From contig CM000155.2 in assembly GCA_000004695.1 (NCBI GenBank), forward strand, positions 1,536,001 to 1,600,000: 64,000 bases of DNA. The letters run 5' to 3'. Every line of letters begins with the position of its first letter. The stretch's first letter is position 1. Below, piece after piece: positions 17,647-30,053 of the stretch. The notes under the pieces were generated by a model. That model was not told the origin of the DNA. It worked only from the letters and a program-made list of their open reading frames with translations, and searched no databases. Origin of the DNA: Dictyostelium discoideum. Its lineage: Eukaryota. The position numbers were made by a program, and so were the translations under genes.

Positions 17647-19474
17647 TTAGTGAACAATTTTTGGTTTTGTACCAGTTGGTTTAATTTTAATATTTAATAA
17701 AGTTGGTAAAGAAATTTGTTTTGATTTAATTTGTTTACAAATGTCTAAAAGATTTGAAATGGTTGATATGGAATAACCTGTTCCACCAAATGATTGCATG
17801 ATTAATTCATATTTTGTATCAACGGAAAGTGAAGTTGGTGGAATATGGAGTGAAGCAGATTCAGTGGAACTTGTATATTTTGGATCAGACATTGATTCCA
17901 AACCTTCATAAACACCATTATTATTTAGGACAATGAAAACAATTGGTAATTTATAACGAACTGCAACCTCCATTTCCATAGCAGAGAAACCAAAAGCACT
18001 ATCACCCTGAATACAAACCACTGAACGATCAGGGAAACAAATTTGAGCGGCAACACTATACCCAACTCCAACTCCCATTGTTGCCAATGTACCAGCATCT
18101 AACCTACTTCTTGGTAGTGTTTGTGGTATACACAATCTACCGATATCCATAGTGTTTGCACCTTCATTTACAAAGATTGTATCCTCTTGAAATAATCCAC
18201 CAACTCTTAATGCATTGAAAACCTTATGATAAGTCAAATATTCTTGATCATTATTTTGTGGTTCACTCATTAATGTTGCCAATGATTTTGTCTTCACTTG
18301 AATATCTTGATTTAAATTTGACCACCATGATTCTTCCATTTTCATAGATTTAATTAAACTATCTTGTGGTGGTTGTGGTTGTTCATCAGTTTCGCCAATA
18401 AATAATTTACGCATTTCAGCAATTGATAAACGTGCATCACCAACAATTGCAATTTCAGGTACAACATTTGGATTTTTAGTTTTTGAAGCTTGATTTTCAT
18501 CTACATCAACAATGATGAATTTTACATCTGTTGAAAAAGTTGGTGCTTTTCCAAAATTAAACATCCAATTCAATCTTGCACCCAATACCAATACGACATC
18601 AGCATTTTTCAAAGCATAGGATCTTGCTGCACCAACTACTAATGGATGATCATCTCTAAGTAATCCTTTACCCATTGGTGATGGTAAGAATGGTATTTTA
18701 GTGGCTTCTATAAATTCTAATAATTCATTTTCACTTCTACAATAGGCTGCACCTTTACCACCAATTACCAATGGTCTCTTTGCTTCACTCAATAATTGTA
18801 CTGCATCTTTAATCAATTTCATATCTGGTACAACCGATTTAATTGCAATTGTACCATATCCTGCTGCTTCTCTAATATTTGGTGATTCTTTACATTTTGA
18901 TTTAATTAAATCTGCCTTTTTTTTTTTAAAATAAAAAAAAATAGAAAATATTAATAAAATTATTTAATTATATTTTATTATATAATATTATTATATTTAC
19001 TGGAATTTGAATATAAACTGGACCAGGTCTATTTGATAATGAAGTTTCAATTGCATCTTTTAAGATTTCTGGAAAATGATCGATTTCAGTTAGATAATAA
19101 CATTTTTTACAATAGAGTTCAGCAGATTCAAATTGTTTACATTCTTGGAAACCACCTTTACCAACTAATGATTGATCAATACTTGATGATAATAAAATCA
19201 TTGGCCAACCATTTGATTGAGCATTTAATACACCTGCCAATGCATGAACTACACCAGGACCACTAACTGTCATACATAATCCTGGTAAACCTGTTAAATA
19301 TCCAACAATTGATGCTGCATAACTACAACTTTGTTCATTACGAAATCCAAAAAATCCAACACCTTGTGCTTGTAATTCATATGCAATTGGTGTAATTGGT
19401 ACACCAACTATACCAAATACTTTTTCAATTGCACTATTTTTAATTGATTTTGCTATAATTTCAACACCATCCAT
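17647..19474 (-). CDS. hacl1: 2-hydroxyacyl-CoA lyase (HACL1, thiamine-pyrophosphate enzyme), 2 exons (19474..19001, 18915..17647), about 580 aa
   Basis: N-terminal TPP-enzyme motifs: FGIVGVPI, NEQSCSYAAS, LCMTVSGPGVVHA and GGFQECKQ. The C-terminal half has DAGTLATMGVGVGY and QGDSAFGFSAMEMEV...NNNGVY. A GTAAAT donor follows ...YIQIP, and the acceptor is AAAAAG|GCAGATTTA, both in phase 0. Confidence 0.85.
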
Positions 19475-19489
19475 TATTAATTATTATTT

Positions 19490-19529
<40 letters not shown>

Positions 19530-19629
19530 TTATTATTATTATTATTTGTATTATATTATTTGTTAAAAATAGGAATGAAAATGATTGTTTTACAAAAAAT
19601 AAAATAAAAAAATAAATAAATTTTTAATT

Positions 19630-19668
<39 letters not shown>

Positions 19669-20011
19669 TGCCACACTTTCAGAAAAAAACAATTCTTTTC
19701 ACATTAATTATTTTTTTTTTAATTTAATTTTTTTTTTTAAAAAAAAAAGATTCTTTTTGTTCGAAAATGAAAAAAGTGTGAAATGGGAATTAAAAGACAT
19801 TTTAGACATTTTTATAAATGACTATTTTTAGTTTTGGGTTTGGTTTTTTTTTTTTTTTAATTTAAATTTTATTGTTTTTCATTTTTGATTGAAAAAAAGA
19901 AAAAAAAAGAAAAAAGAAAAAAAAAAAAGAGGAAAAAAGATTTTTTGATTATTAATTTTTTGATTATTAATTTTTTAATTTTTTTTTTTTAAAATTTATT
20001 TTATTAAATAT

Positions 20012-21801
20012 TTAACCTAATTTAACTATACCAGCATTAACTAATTTTTGGAATTTAGCCATAATTAATGGATTTTTAAGATGATCTTGAGCAGCAGCAG
20101 GATTTTCAGACATATCTTTTAAGATTTGATTCATGATTGGATCAGAGAGAATCTTTTGAATTTCTGGATCTTTGGCAGCTTGTTGAAGACGTTCTTCATC
20201 GGTGAGAGTACTTTGTAATTTAGTGAGAGCGGCGACAGTCTTTCTTGAGAGATCCAAGAGTTCAGGATTGTTGGCTTCAATTCTTAAACCTTGATCATAG
20301 ACCTCCAAAGCTTGTTGATACTCTCTCATTGCGAATAAGGCAGTACCTTTTCTAATGTAACCTTTGATGAATGTTGGCTCCAATTCGATACATTTATCGG
20401 CATCCTTGATTGCCAATTTATATTCTAACAATTTGCTATAGGCTGCGGAACGATTGCTATAGATTGTGTGGTCCTTTGGATTACGACGAATTGCCTCCTC
20501 GAAACATTTGATTGCCTCTGGGAATTCACCTTTTTTAAAGTGTTCAACACCTTTATTCTTTTCAATGATTGATTGATCCACAGAGAGATAAGCCTCATCG
20601 TCACGTTGTTTCTTTAACTTTTCAATCTTTTTCATGTTTGCAGTGGTGTCTGCATTCTTATCCTCAAGTACTGCACTGCTGTAGGCTTTGTATGCATCGT
20701 CGAGTTGATTCTTCTTTAAGTAAATATTACCCAAACGAGTGTAAACCTTTGATTTAACTCTATAGTCTGCACGAATCTCTTGTGCCTTCTCCAATGCCTT
20801 CTTACAGGTTTCAATGGCTTCATCAAGTTTTTGTTGTTCAATTAAAACTGCTGCCTTATTATTCATTGCTAAAATATCACTTGAATCCAATTCAACTGCT
20901 TTATCATAATGTACAATTGCTTGTTCAAATTCTTTCTTTGCATATGCTTTATTACCTAAATCTCTTTCTTTTTGTGATTCTGTCATTGGTGGTGCTTCTG
21001 GTTTCTTTGGTGCTTCTGTTGGTTTTGGTTGTTGTGGTGTTGGTGTTGGTTGTTGTGGTGTTGGTGTTGGTTGTTGTGGTGTTGGTTGTTGTGATTGTGG
21101 TGGTGCTCCTGGTCCTTGATTAATATCAACACCTAATAAAACACCAAGACAAGTACTAAAACGTTGATCGGCAATATACTGTGAGAAAAGTGATGGATTC
21201 TTTGAAATTTGATCCATGATTGCAACGAAATCTGGTTGTTGGAAGAATGGTGCTGTCTTTGGATTGAAACGAAGTTTTGTTAAATTTTGTGCAGAGAAAA
21301 GGTTTGCCATTGCTGAAGCTGGGTCTTTTGCACCAGTTGTGGCGTATTGTGCATCCTCTAATGCATCTTCTAATTGTTGATTGGTTGGATCAATCTTTAA
21401 ACCAGCCTCTGCTGATTTCTCTGCTTCTTCGAAACGACCCAATTTATAGAGTGCATTGGTTTCTCTTAAATAACCTTTTGACCAATCTGGTTTCAATTCA
21501 ATTGCTTTCTTTGCATCTGTTAATGCATCTTCATTCTTATCTAATGCAAGTAATGATGCTGATCTATTACTATATAAAATATGATTACTTGGATCTAATT
21601 CAATTGCTTGATCAAAACATTTCACTGCTGAATTATAATCTTTACTTGAAAATGCAGCATTACCTTGATTTTTAAATTCTGTTGCCTGTGTAAAAAAAAA
21701 TAAATAAATTAAAATAAAAAATTTGTTAATAAAAAAAAAATTAAAAATAAAAAATAAAAAAATAAAAAATTATTATTTACCTTTTGTGCGTTTTCACTCA
21801 T
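20012..21801 (-). CDS. sti1: STI1/Hop (Hsp70-Hsp90 organising protein), 2 exons (21801..21781, 21685..20012), about 564 aa
   Basis: A 7-codon first exon, ATGAGTGAAAACGCACAAAAG, ends at a GTAAAT donor. The acceptor is ...ACACAG|GCAACAGAA. The body holds TPR repeats, including ATEFKNQGNAAFSSKDYNSAVKCFDQAIELDP and a C-terminal TPR, with a QPTPTPQQPTP linker between them. The C-terminal DP domain reads IQKILSDPIMNQILKDMSENP. Confidence 0.85.
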
Positions 21802-22021
21802 TTTTTTATTTTTTATATATATATTTTGCAAGTCCAAAAATAAAATAAAATAATAAAAAAAAAAAAAAAAAATTAAAAAATAAAATTAAAAAAAAAAATG
21901 AAAAAAAAAAAAAATGAAAAAAATTGAAAAATGAAAATCACCAGAATTTTTAAAAAAATTTAATTTGGAAATCTATTAAATTTCAAGATTTTATAAGGGT
22001 TTTTTTAGTCAATTTGTATTA

Positions 22022-22143
22022 ATTCGTTCCTTTTCGCTAAAATTAAAAAAAATGAAATAAAATAAAACTCTTTTGTTGATTCCATTTAAATCCTGATAAA
22101 TTTTTTTTTTTTATTATTTTAGCGAAAAGGAATGAATGAATTA
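22022..22143. promoter_or_regulatory. Inverted repeat of about 22 bp (aattcgttccttttcgctaaaa ... ttttagcgaaaaggaatgaatg) with an 75-bp spacer, in the divergent sti1-rab4 intergenic region
   Basis: The arms at 22022-22045 and 22118-22143 are near-perfect reverse complements. A GC-richer block follows at 22140-22210 (taacggacaaattggtaaccggaaattagaaggatttgaagtttccc). Confidence 0.25.
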
Positions 22144-22647
22144 ACACAAATTGAGTAACCTAACGGACAAATTGGTAACCGGAAATTAGAAGGATTTGAA
22201 GTTTCCCTTTTACTGGAAATTTTTTTTTATTTATTTATTAACTGACTAATTTATTTAAGACCACAATGTGACCAAAAGATTCTTTTATTATCTAAATTTA
22301 GATAATAAATCAAAAAAAAAAAAAAAAAAATGAAAAATAAAAAAAAAAAAAAAAAAAAATTTTGGGAGTGTTTGGAAAAGTTGGATACTTATTAAAAAAT
22401 AAAAAAAATTAAAAAAAAAAATAAAAAAAAATAAAAAATAAAAAATTAAAAAAAATTTTTTGAAAAAAAAAAAATAAAAGAAAGCGAGACGTTGTGAAAC
22501 AGAGAAATAATTAAAGAAATAAACAAATAAACAAACAAACAACAAACGAATAAACAAACAAATAAATAAGCAAATACATAAATAATAAATAAATAAATAA
22601 ATAAATAAAACAAAATAAAAATATAGATATATATATATAAAACAAAA

Positions 22648-23029
22648 ATGGGAAAACCTTTATATCTTGTTAAATTTATAATTATTGGTAGTCAATCAGT
22701 TGGTAAAAGTTGTCTTTTATTTAGATTCATTGATAATAAATTTAAAAGTCAATCAACTCATACAATTGGTGTAGATTTTTCATCAAGGGTTGTAGATATT
22801 CAAGGGAAAAATGTTAAATTACAGATTTGGTTTGTATTTTAAAATATAAAATTAAAACTTTTTTTTTTTTTTTTTTATTAATTTAAATATATATTAACTC
22901 TATTACAATTAATTTTTTAGGGATACTGCCGGACAAGAAAGATTTAGATCAGTTGTAAGTAGAGTTTATATATATATATATTATTGAAAAAAATAAAAAT
23001 AAAAATAAAAAAATAAAATAAACAAGTTT

Positions 23030-23095
<66 letters not shown>

Positions 23096-23514
23096 TCAAA
23101 TAAATCGAATAGGTTATTTCATATTATAGAGGATCAGCAGGTGTCGCATTAGTTTATGATGTTACAAATCGTGAATCATACAATCATATCACAAATTGGT
23201 TATCAGATGTTAAATCACTTGCATCACCAGATGTAACAATTATTTTAGTTGGAAATAAAGCAGATTTAACAGAACAAAGAGAAGTTACATTCTTGGAAGC
23301 ATCTAGAATAGCTCAAGAGAATGGATTATTATTTATGGAAACTTCAGCCCTTACTGGTGAAGGTGTTGAAGAAATGTTTTTAAAGTGTACTCGTACAATC
23401 ATGACAAAAATTGATAGTGGTGAAGTTAATTTAGAACATTTAGGTGTACAAATATCTTCAGATTCTGGTAATGTTACAAAGAAACCTGGTGATTCATCTA
23501 ATTGTAGTTGTTGA
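22648..23514 (+). CDS. rab4: Rab4-like small GTPase, 3 exons (22648..22829, 22921..22954, 23113..23514), about 205 aa
   Basis: G1 is [15 protein letters not shown] split Trp codon (tg|g) carries the frame into exon 2, which encodes [12 protein letters not shown] and ends at GTAAGT. Exon 3 gives [19 protein letters not shown] and [34 protein letters not shown], close to the Rab4 pattern. The C-terminal CSC is a CXC prenylation motif. Intron 2 carries an (AAT)n array. Confidence 0.8.
23030..23096. repeat. (AAT)n microsatellite in intron 2 of the Rab4-like gene
   Basis: About 22 perfect units. Confidence 0.9.
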
Positions 23515-23539
23515 AAAAAAAGAGAATTTTAAAAAAGAG

Positions 23540-23575
<36 letters not shown>

Positions 23576-24004
23576 CATCGATTTCAAATAAACAAGTATA
23601 TACACATATATTTTTTCATGTAAATAATAATAATAACAATAAAAACAATTCATGACAAAAAAAAAAAAAAAAAAAAAAAAACCAAGATCTTTTTTTTAAA
23701 ACAAGATTTTCTTTTTATTATTCTTATAAAAAAACGAATTTAAAAAATAAAAAATAAAAAAAAAAAAAAAAAAAAAAAAAAATCGATATTTTATTTTTTT
23801 ATTTTTTTTTATTTTTTTATTTTTTCTACACATTAAAACAAATAAATTAAAACATATAATTTATATTATGATATCATAAGAAAAGATAAATTTATAAAAC
23901 AAGAAATAAATAAATAAATAATAAATAAATAAACAAATAGGAAATATATATATGAATAAATAAAAAAAAATAAAAAAAATAAAAAAAATAAAAAAAAGAA
24001 AACG

Positions 24005-24828
24005 ATGGGAAATACAGTAGTTAAAAAAGCGTCAAACATAAATGAATTTAAACAAGATGTTTTCAAAATAAATTCACTGTATGTTGTTTTTTAAAAAAAC
24101 ATCCAAAATTTGAAGAAACAATATATGAACATCACGATTCTAATAAAAAAAAAACATTTTTATAAAGGATTAATAATAGGAATAAAAAAGCTACAGATAC
24201 AAATATATATATAACATTATCAGTCGATATACCAGATAATGAAATAGTTACAGAAACCATTTTATGGAAATTACTTGTTAATGTTTCAATTTTAGTTGTA
24301 TGTACTAACATTTCATAAATTAATATAAATTTGATACTAATTGAAAATAATAAATTAATAAAATTAATATATATATAATAATAATAATAAAAATTTATAG
24401 TTTAATAAAAAAAATGATGGAAATTATAAAAATGAAGAACCAATATTAAATTCAAAATTAACATTTGGAGAATTTTATAGTTTTTTAAATAATATACAAT
24501 TATATTTTGAAAAAGAAGATTCAAAAAATAAAAATAATTCAACAACAATAGCAACAACAACAACAACAGCGGAAGAAAAATTTAAAATTGAAGAAGAGGA
24601 GGATAATCTTTGTCCAATTTGTTTTGATAAAGAAGCAACATTTGTTGTATCAAGTGATTGTTTTCATGCATTTTGTCCTGAATGTGCAGAGGATTGGAAA
24701 TCAAGATCAAATTTATGTCCACTTTGTAGAAGAGAAAATAATAATTCAAATAAATTAGATTTTATATTAATTGAAGATATTCAAAATGAACCCTTATTGG
24801 ATTTTATTAGTAATATTTTAATTCAAAT
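24005..24828 (+). CDS. RNF141-like C3HC4 RING-finger protein, 3 exons (24005..24078, 24168..24297, 24391..24828), about 215 aa
   Basis: The N-terminus is MGNTVVKKASN. Donors are GTATGT at 24079 and at 24298, and acceptors are AG at 24167 and 24390. The C-terminal RING reads CPICFDKEATFVVSSDCFHAFCPECAEDWKSRSNLCPLCR. Both the domain order and the FYSFLNNIQLY segment resemble RNF141/ZNF230. Confidence 0.65.
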
Positions 24829-25007
24829 AAAAAAATAATAAACAACAATGTATCATATATAAAAAAAAAAAAAAAAAAAAAATGATTGTATATTTTTAGA
24901 TATTTTTTTTTTATTTTTTTTTTATTATTTTTTTTTTAATTTTTTTTTTAATTTTTTTTTTTCTTTTAATTTAAAATTATATATATATTGATATTATTAA
25001 TTCTAAT

Positions 25008-25082
25008 TTATTCATCACTTGCTTCTTCTTCTTCATATTCTCCTTCTTCTTCATCATCATCCTCCTCTTCATCATCACCATC

Positions 25083-25124
<42 letters not shown>

Positions 25125-26001
25125 TGAAGGTAAAACACCACCATCAGTGAATAAACTTGTATTAATTTGATTTGCTAAAGCAGCGATTTCTTCTTCAGAT
25201 TTCTCATATTCTTTAGATTTAGTATCGATAGCAGATTCATCATCTACAAAGAGATCAGGATTGAAAACAAACATTTCTCTACCACTCATAGAGGTCTTAC
25301 CAGCTTTAATATCAGCAAGACGTTTGTCTTGGGCGTCTTTGGCTGCTTTTTCTTTTTGTAATCTTTTCTCTTCTTTCCATCTTAAGAAAGTTTCTAAAGT
25401 GACAGGAGTTGATTTTGTTAATTTTGCTCTCTCCTCTTCAATCAATTCTTCGATTGGTATTTCTTCAACTTCATCCTCCTCTCTTGACTTCTTCTTTTTT
25501 AATTGGTACCCTTCTGGCAAACAATGTTGATATGCACATTTCTCACCACCATTTGGACACTCCCAGAACCAACCATACTTTTTACTCTCGATTGCGTCTA
25601 AAAAGAATTTACAAATGATTGCTGTTGGTTTGGCTTTGTTTTCAGTTGTTCTCTTCTTTTCAACAACTGATTTCAATTTTGCTTCATCCCAATTCTCCAT
25701 TGTATCCTCATCTTTACGACGATCAGTGTAAATATCAATCTTTTCAGATTTTCTACCTGCTGCTAAATCATGTGCAAACTTACATCTATTACCTTTTGGA
25801 CATGTTACACCTTGTTTAAAATATTCACACACAATACTCTTTGGATCAACACCTAATGGTACTTTACTTTGTACAATTGTATTTACTAAAATTGATTCTG
25901 CTTCTTTCTTTGCTTTCTCTGCTAATTCTTTATCTCTTTTAGCTTTTTCTTTCAATGCTGCTTCCTAAAAATATTAATAAAAAAAAAAAATTTTAATTGG
26001 G

Positions 26002-26045
<44 letters not shown>

Positions 26046-26308
26046 TGATTAAATTGATATTTATATAAAATTATTGATAGATTGATAATATTTGAATTAA
26101 TTTTCATTATTATTGTTGGAATAAAATTTCTGTATTTTTTTACCTTATTTTGAAGACCAGAGTGCTTAACTTGGGCTTCAACTTGAGATACATAAGCTGC
26201 AACTTTTTTACTCTTATTTTTATTTTTTAAACCAAAGGTTTTATCTTCAACCTTTTTCTTTTTTTCTTTTTCAACTGTTTTTTTTGATTGGGCTTGTTTT
26301 GGTGGCAT
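25008..26308 (-). CDS. ZC3H15/DFRP1 (Tma46-like CCCH zinc-finger partner of DRG GTPases), 2 exons (26308..26144, 25964..25008)
   Basis: Exon 1 encodes MPPKQAQSKKTVEKEKKKKVEDKTFGLKNKNKSKK...SGLQNK and ends at a GTAAAA donor. Exon 2 starts at TTTTAG|GAAGCAGCA and holds two CCCH fingers (SIVCEYFKQGVTCPKGNRCKFAHD and YGWFWECPNGGEKCAYQHCLP), then a DFRP domain and an acidic poly-Asp tail. Confidence 0.8.
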
Positions 26309-26755
26309 TTTATCTTAAAAAACCTTTATTGATAATTTTACAATAATATATCTATTTATATATATATAAAATAAAATTTGTTAGAAAAAAAAAAAATGAA
26401 AAAAAAAAAAATGGGCGGAAAAAAAAAATAAAAAAAAAAAAAAAATAAAAAAATGAAAAACAAAAAATAAAAAAAAAATAAAAAAATTCACGCAAAATTA
26501 ATGAAGTTCTATTTGTTTTTTGATTTAAGAGTATTTTTTTTTTTTTTTTTATTTAACAGATTTTAAAAAAGGAATATATTAAGAAAAATGAATTGATTAA
26601 AATATTTGAGAAAATTTTTATAATTTAAAATATCTCCCCCTTTCTCACCACAATATTTGTTTATAAAAAAAAAATTGAAAAAAAAAAAAAATTTTATTTT
26701 TAATTTTTCTAATTTTTTTTTTTTTAATAATGATTTAATTTAATTTATTTTTAAA

Positions 26756-26835
26756 TATGGATTAAGTATAGATAAATAGAGAACTCAAAAATACACAAAA
26801 TGATATAAAAAATGAATGTATCCATTCTGTTTTTT
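26756..26835 (-). repeat. Copy 3 of the dispersed repeat, in inverted orientation, with a 12-bp internal deletion
   Basis: The reverse complement reads aaacagaatggatacattcatttt-ttatatcattttgtgtatttttgagttctctatttatctatacttaatccatat, about 85 percent identical to copy 2. Confidence 0.6.
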
Positions 26836-26852
26836 TGAATTTTTAAAATTTT

Positions 26853-26889
<37 letters not shown>

Positions 26890-26896
26890 AAAAACA

Positions 26897-26995
26897 AAAT
26901 CCATTGATTTTTTTTATATTTTGTATGATTTGTATTGTATATTTTTGGGTGCTCTATTTTTATATACTATATTCAAATTAAAAATTAATAAAATT
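26897..26995 (+). repeat. Copy 4 of the dispersed repeat (diverged, direct orientation), arranged head-to-head with copy 3 across a poly(A) spacer of about 45 nt
   Basis: The segment ...atttttgggtgctctatttttatatactatattcaaattaaaaattaa aligns to the 3' two-thirds of copy 1 at about 80 percent identity. Confidence 0.5.
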
Positions 26996-27102
26996 AAATC
27001 AATTTTTTTAATAAAAAAAAACATCAAAAAATAAAAATAAAAATAAAAATAAAAATAAAAAATCTGGAAAATCTCTTTTTTTTTTTTTGGAAATACTTTT
27101 AT

Positions 27103-28640
27103 TTATAATTTTCTTCTTTTATATCTTGTAATAATTTTTGAAATTACTGCATTCTTTTTCAAAAGAGCAGGATTAACAGATTCATCAACAGATTCTGGCA
27201 ATTGTCTGTGTTTTCCAGCCAACATTAACGCTATAAATACTAATTTTGAATAAGTTGATAAAGTTATACTAATTGATAATCCAACATTTCCAAAAGCTGA
27301 AATCGCTTCGAATAATATCTAAAATATTTTTTTTTAAAATTTTTTTTAATTATTTATTAGTAAAAATTGTTATTGTTGTTATTATTGTTGTTGTTGATTT
27401 ACTACTAATAATAATAATTTAATTTATAATTAATACTTACTTGAAATACAGTGATTACACCACTTTCTAAAAGTTGGCTTTCAAAAATAGCAATAAATAA
27501 AATACAAATATATGGAACGAAAATATCACGAATTAAAACTTCTTTCATAACTTCTCTACTTTGATTACTATATTTATTATTAACAGCAGACCTTCTCAAT
27601 GAAATAATGAATGGATATGATGAAACAAACATTAATCCAACAAATAATAATAAAACTGATTCACTTAATAAATTTAAATCAACTGAATTAAATCCGCATG
27701 TACGGGTACTCTAATAATAATAATAAATAATAATAAAAGTATTAATATATGTAAATAAATAATTAAAAAAAAAAAAAAAAAAAAAAAAAACTTACAATTG
27801 AAGAAAAGTAATAATTTAAAAGTATAGTACCATAATTCATATTTGTGAATGCTTTATCATTTACATCTAATAAAGCCATTAATGCAATTTGTGATACATT
27901 AAAAATACACCAAATTACAAATAATTGAACAGTTTCTTTATATGGGAAAAGATGAGTGAAAATTGAACGTGGATTTTCTAATAAATTTCTATATGGTTCT
28001 GGATCTTTTGTAAACTTTTAAAAATAAAATAAATTAATAATTAATATTGTATTGTATTGTATTGTATTGTAATAATTACTTTTGAAACTACTAATAAAAT
28101 AATTCTTAAAAAAACAGGAAATAAAGTATTTCCTAAGAAAATTAAAATTGATAATGTAATTAATAAAAAATATTTTTCATTAATTTGAATTAAACTATCA
28201 CTAAATAATGCTAAACCAGCATTATTAAATGCAGAGAATGTATGAAATAATGACCACCACCAACCATTTACTCCATTAGCTTTCATTATTGATCTAGCTG
28301 ATTCACTACCTGCTATATATGCACCAATACTTATAAATCCTAATATATAAATTGTTATAATATAACATGGTATAATTACTAATAATTTACCCAATGATCT
28401 ATATTCCATATTATCTTCATAACTATTTAAATTTAATGGTTTTGATAATTGTCTTTGCTGTTGTTGATGTTCTTGTTGCTCTTGTAATTCTTGTAATGAA
28501 TCAATACGATTAATATCAATATTAACTTCTTTTTGTATTGATTGTGAATCATTTGTATTATTATTATTATTTGTACTATTATTTGTACTCTTATTTAAAG
28601 TTGAGTTTGTTGTGGTAGTGGTAGTGGTGGTTGTTGAAGG

Positions 28641-28720
<80 letters not shown>

Positions 28721-29435
28721 GAATAATTGGAGAAGAAGGTGAATCTAAAGAGAATTTCCTTGATTTTTTATCAATTTTCCCAACTATTGGAATATTGTAA
28801 TGATGCGGAGCATTATCATCTTGAAAACCATTTGGAAGATTATGATCAATTGGTGAATCTAATTTTAAAATTCCACCAATTTCAATATCGTTATCATCAT
28901 GTTCTTCATTATTATTATTATTATGTTGATAGCTTTCATCATCATTATCATCATTTTCTTCATTATTATTATTATCATTTTCATCATCATCATCTTTAAA
29001 ATCATGATGTGGTAAATGACTATGAATTATTGTTGAAATTAAATCTGGTGAAGCATTTGCTGCTGAAATTATTGAACTATTACTATAAACTGATCTAATG
29101 AAAAAACGACGTAGTAATACTATTGGTAATGTTAATAATACTGTGGAGCCTAATTGAACTAATATGACCAATAAAAATAAAGTTCCACTTGACCAACCGC
29201 TTATATCAACTGTCACTAATCCTGTGGTTGTTAATGCTGAATAACCAATATATAAACAATCTATAAATGGTACTTCAAATTCTATAAGTTTAATTAACAC
29301 CGATCCAATAAACCCGACCATTACAAAATAAATTAAATGAAATCTAAAAAAGTAATTTTTATCAATTAATGCTATAATTTTATTTATTAATTGTTTAAGT
29401 TTAATTTTAAAATATTTTCTTATATTAATTTTCAT
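27103..29435 (-). CDS. Trk/Ktr/HKT-family cation (K+) transporter, 4 exons (29435..28080, 28014..27796, 27710..27441, 27318..27103), about 690 aa
   Basis: Pore-loop signatures: GYSALTTTGL, STRTCGFNSVDLN, FHTFSAFNNAGLALF and LFEAISAFGNVGLS. The donors are GTAATT, GTAAGT and GTAAGT. All four junctions are phase 0. The first exon contains a 38-residue poly-Gln tract and an Asn/Asp/Glu-rich loop. Confidence 0.8.
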
Positions 29436-29536
29436 TTTTTCCTTTCTGTTGTTCTATTTTTCCTATTTATTGTGTGTGTTTTGACTTTTTTGAATTTTTT
29501 TTTTTTTTTTCCTATTTATTATATGTGTGTTGTTTG

Positions 29537-29570
<34 letters not shown>

Positions 29571-30053
29571 ATTTATAAAATGATTAATATACTTATTAGT
29601 ATATTTATTATTACTAAATATATAAACTTCGAATTTTATTTTCCTTTTTTTTTTTTTTTTTTTTTTGTATTTTTTATTTTTTTTTGTATTTTTTTGTTTT
29701 GTTTTTTGTTTTGTTTTTTTTTTTTAAAATTTTTTTTTTTTTATTTTTTTTTTTTTTTGAAAAAGTTATCGATTAGGGGTTAATTATAACCTGGTAAATT
29801 AAATTTGTTTTTTTTTATTTTTTTCTAATTTTTATTTTTTACAACATTTTAAAACGTTTTCAATTTTTCGATATTTTTTGTAATAGGTCAAAAAAGATTT
29901 TTCAGAAAAGAAGATTTTTTGAACTTTTTCTGTTTAGATTTTTAAAATGAGATATTTGAAAAAAAAACAAAATTATTTTTTTTGTTTTTTTTTTATTATT
30001 TATCACAAAAGTAAAAAAAAAAAAAAATGTTTGAAAAAAAAAAAAAAAATAAT

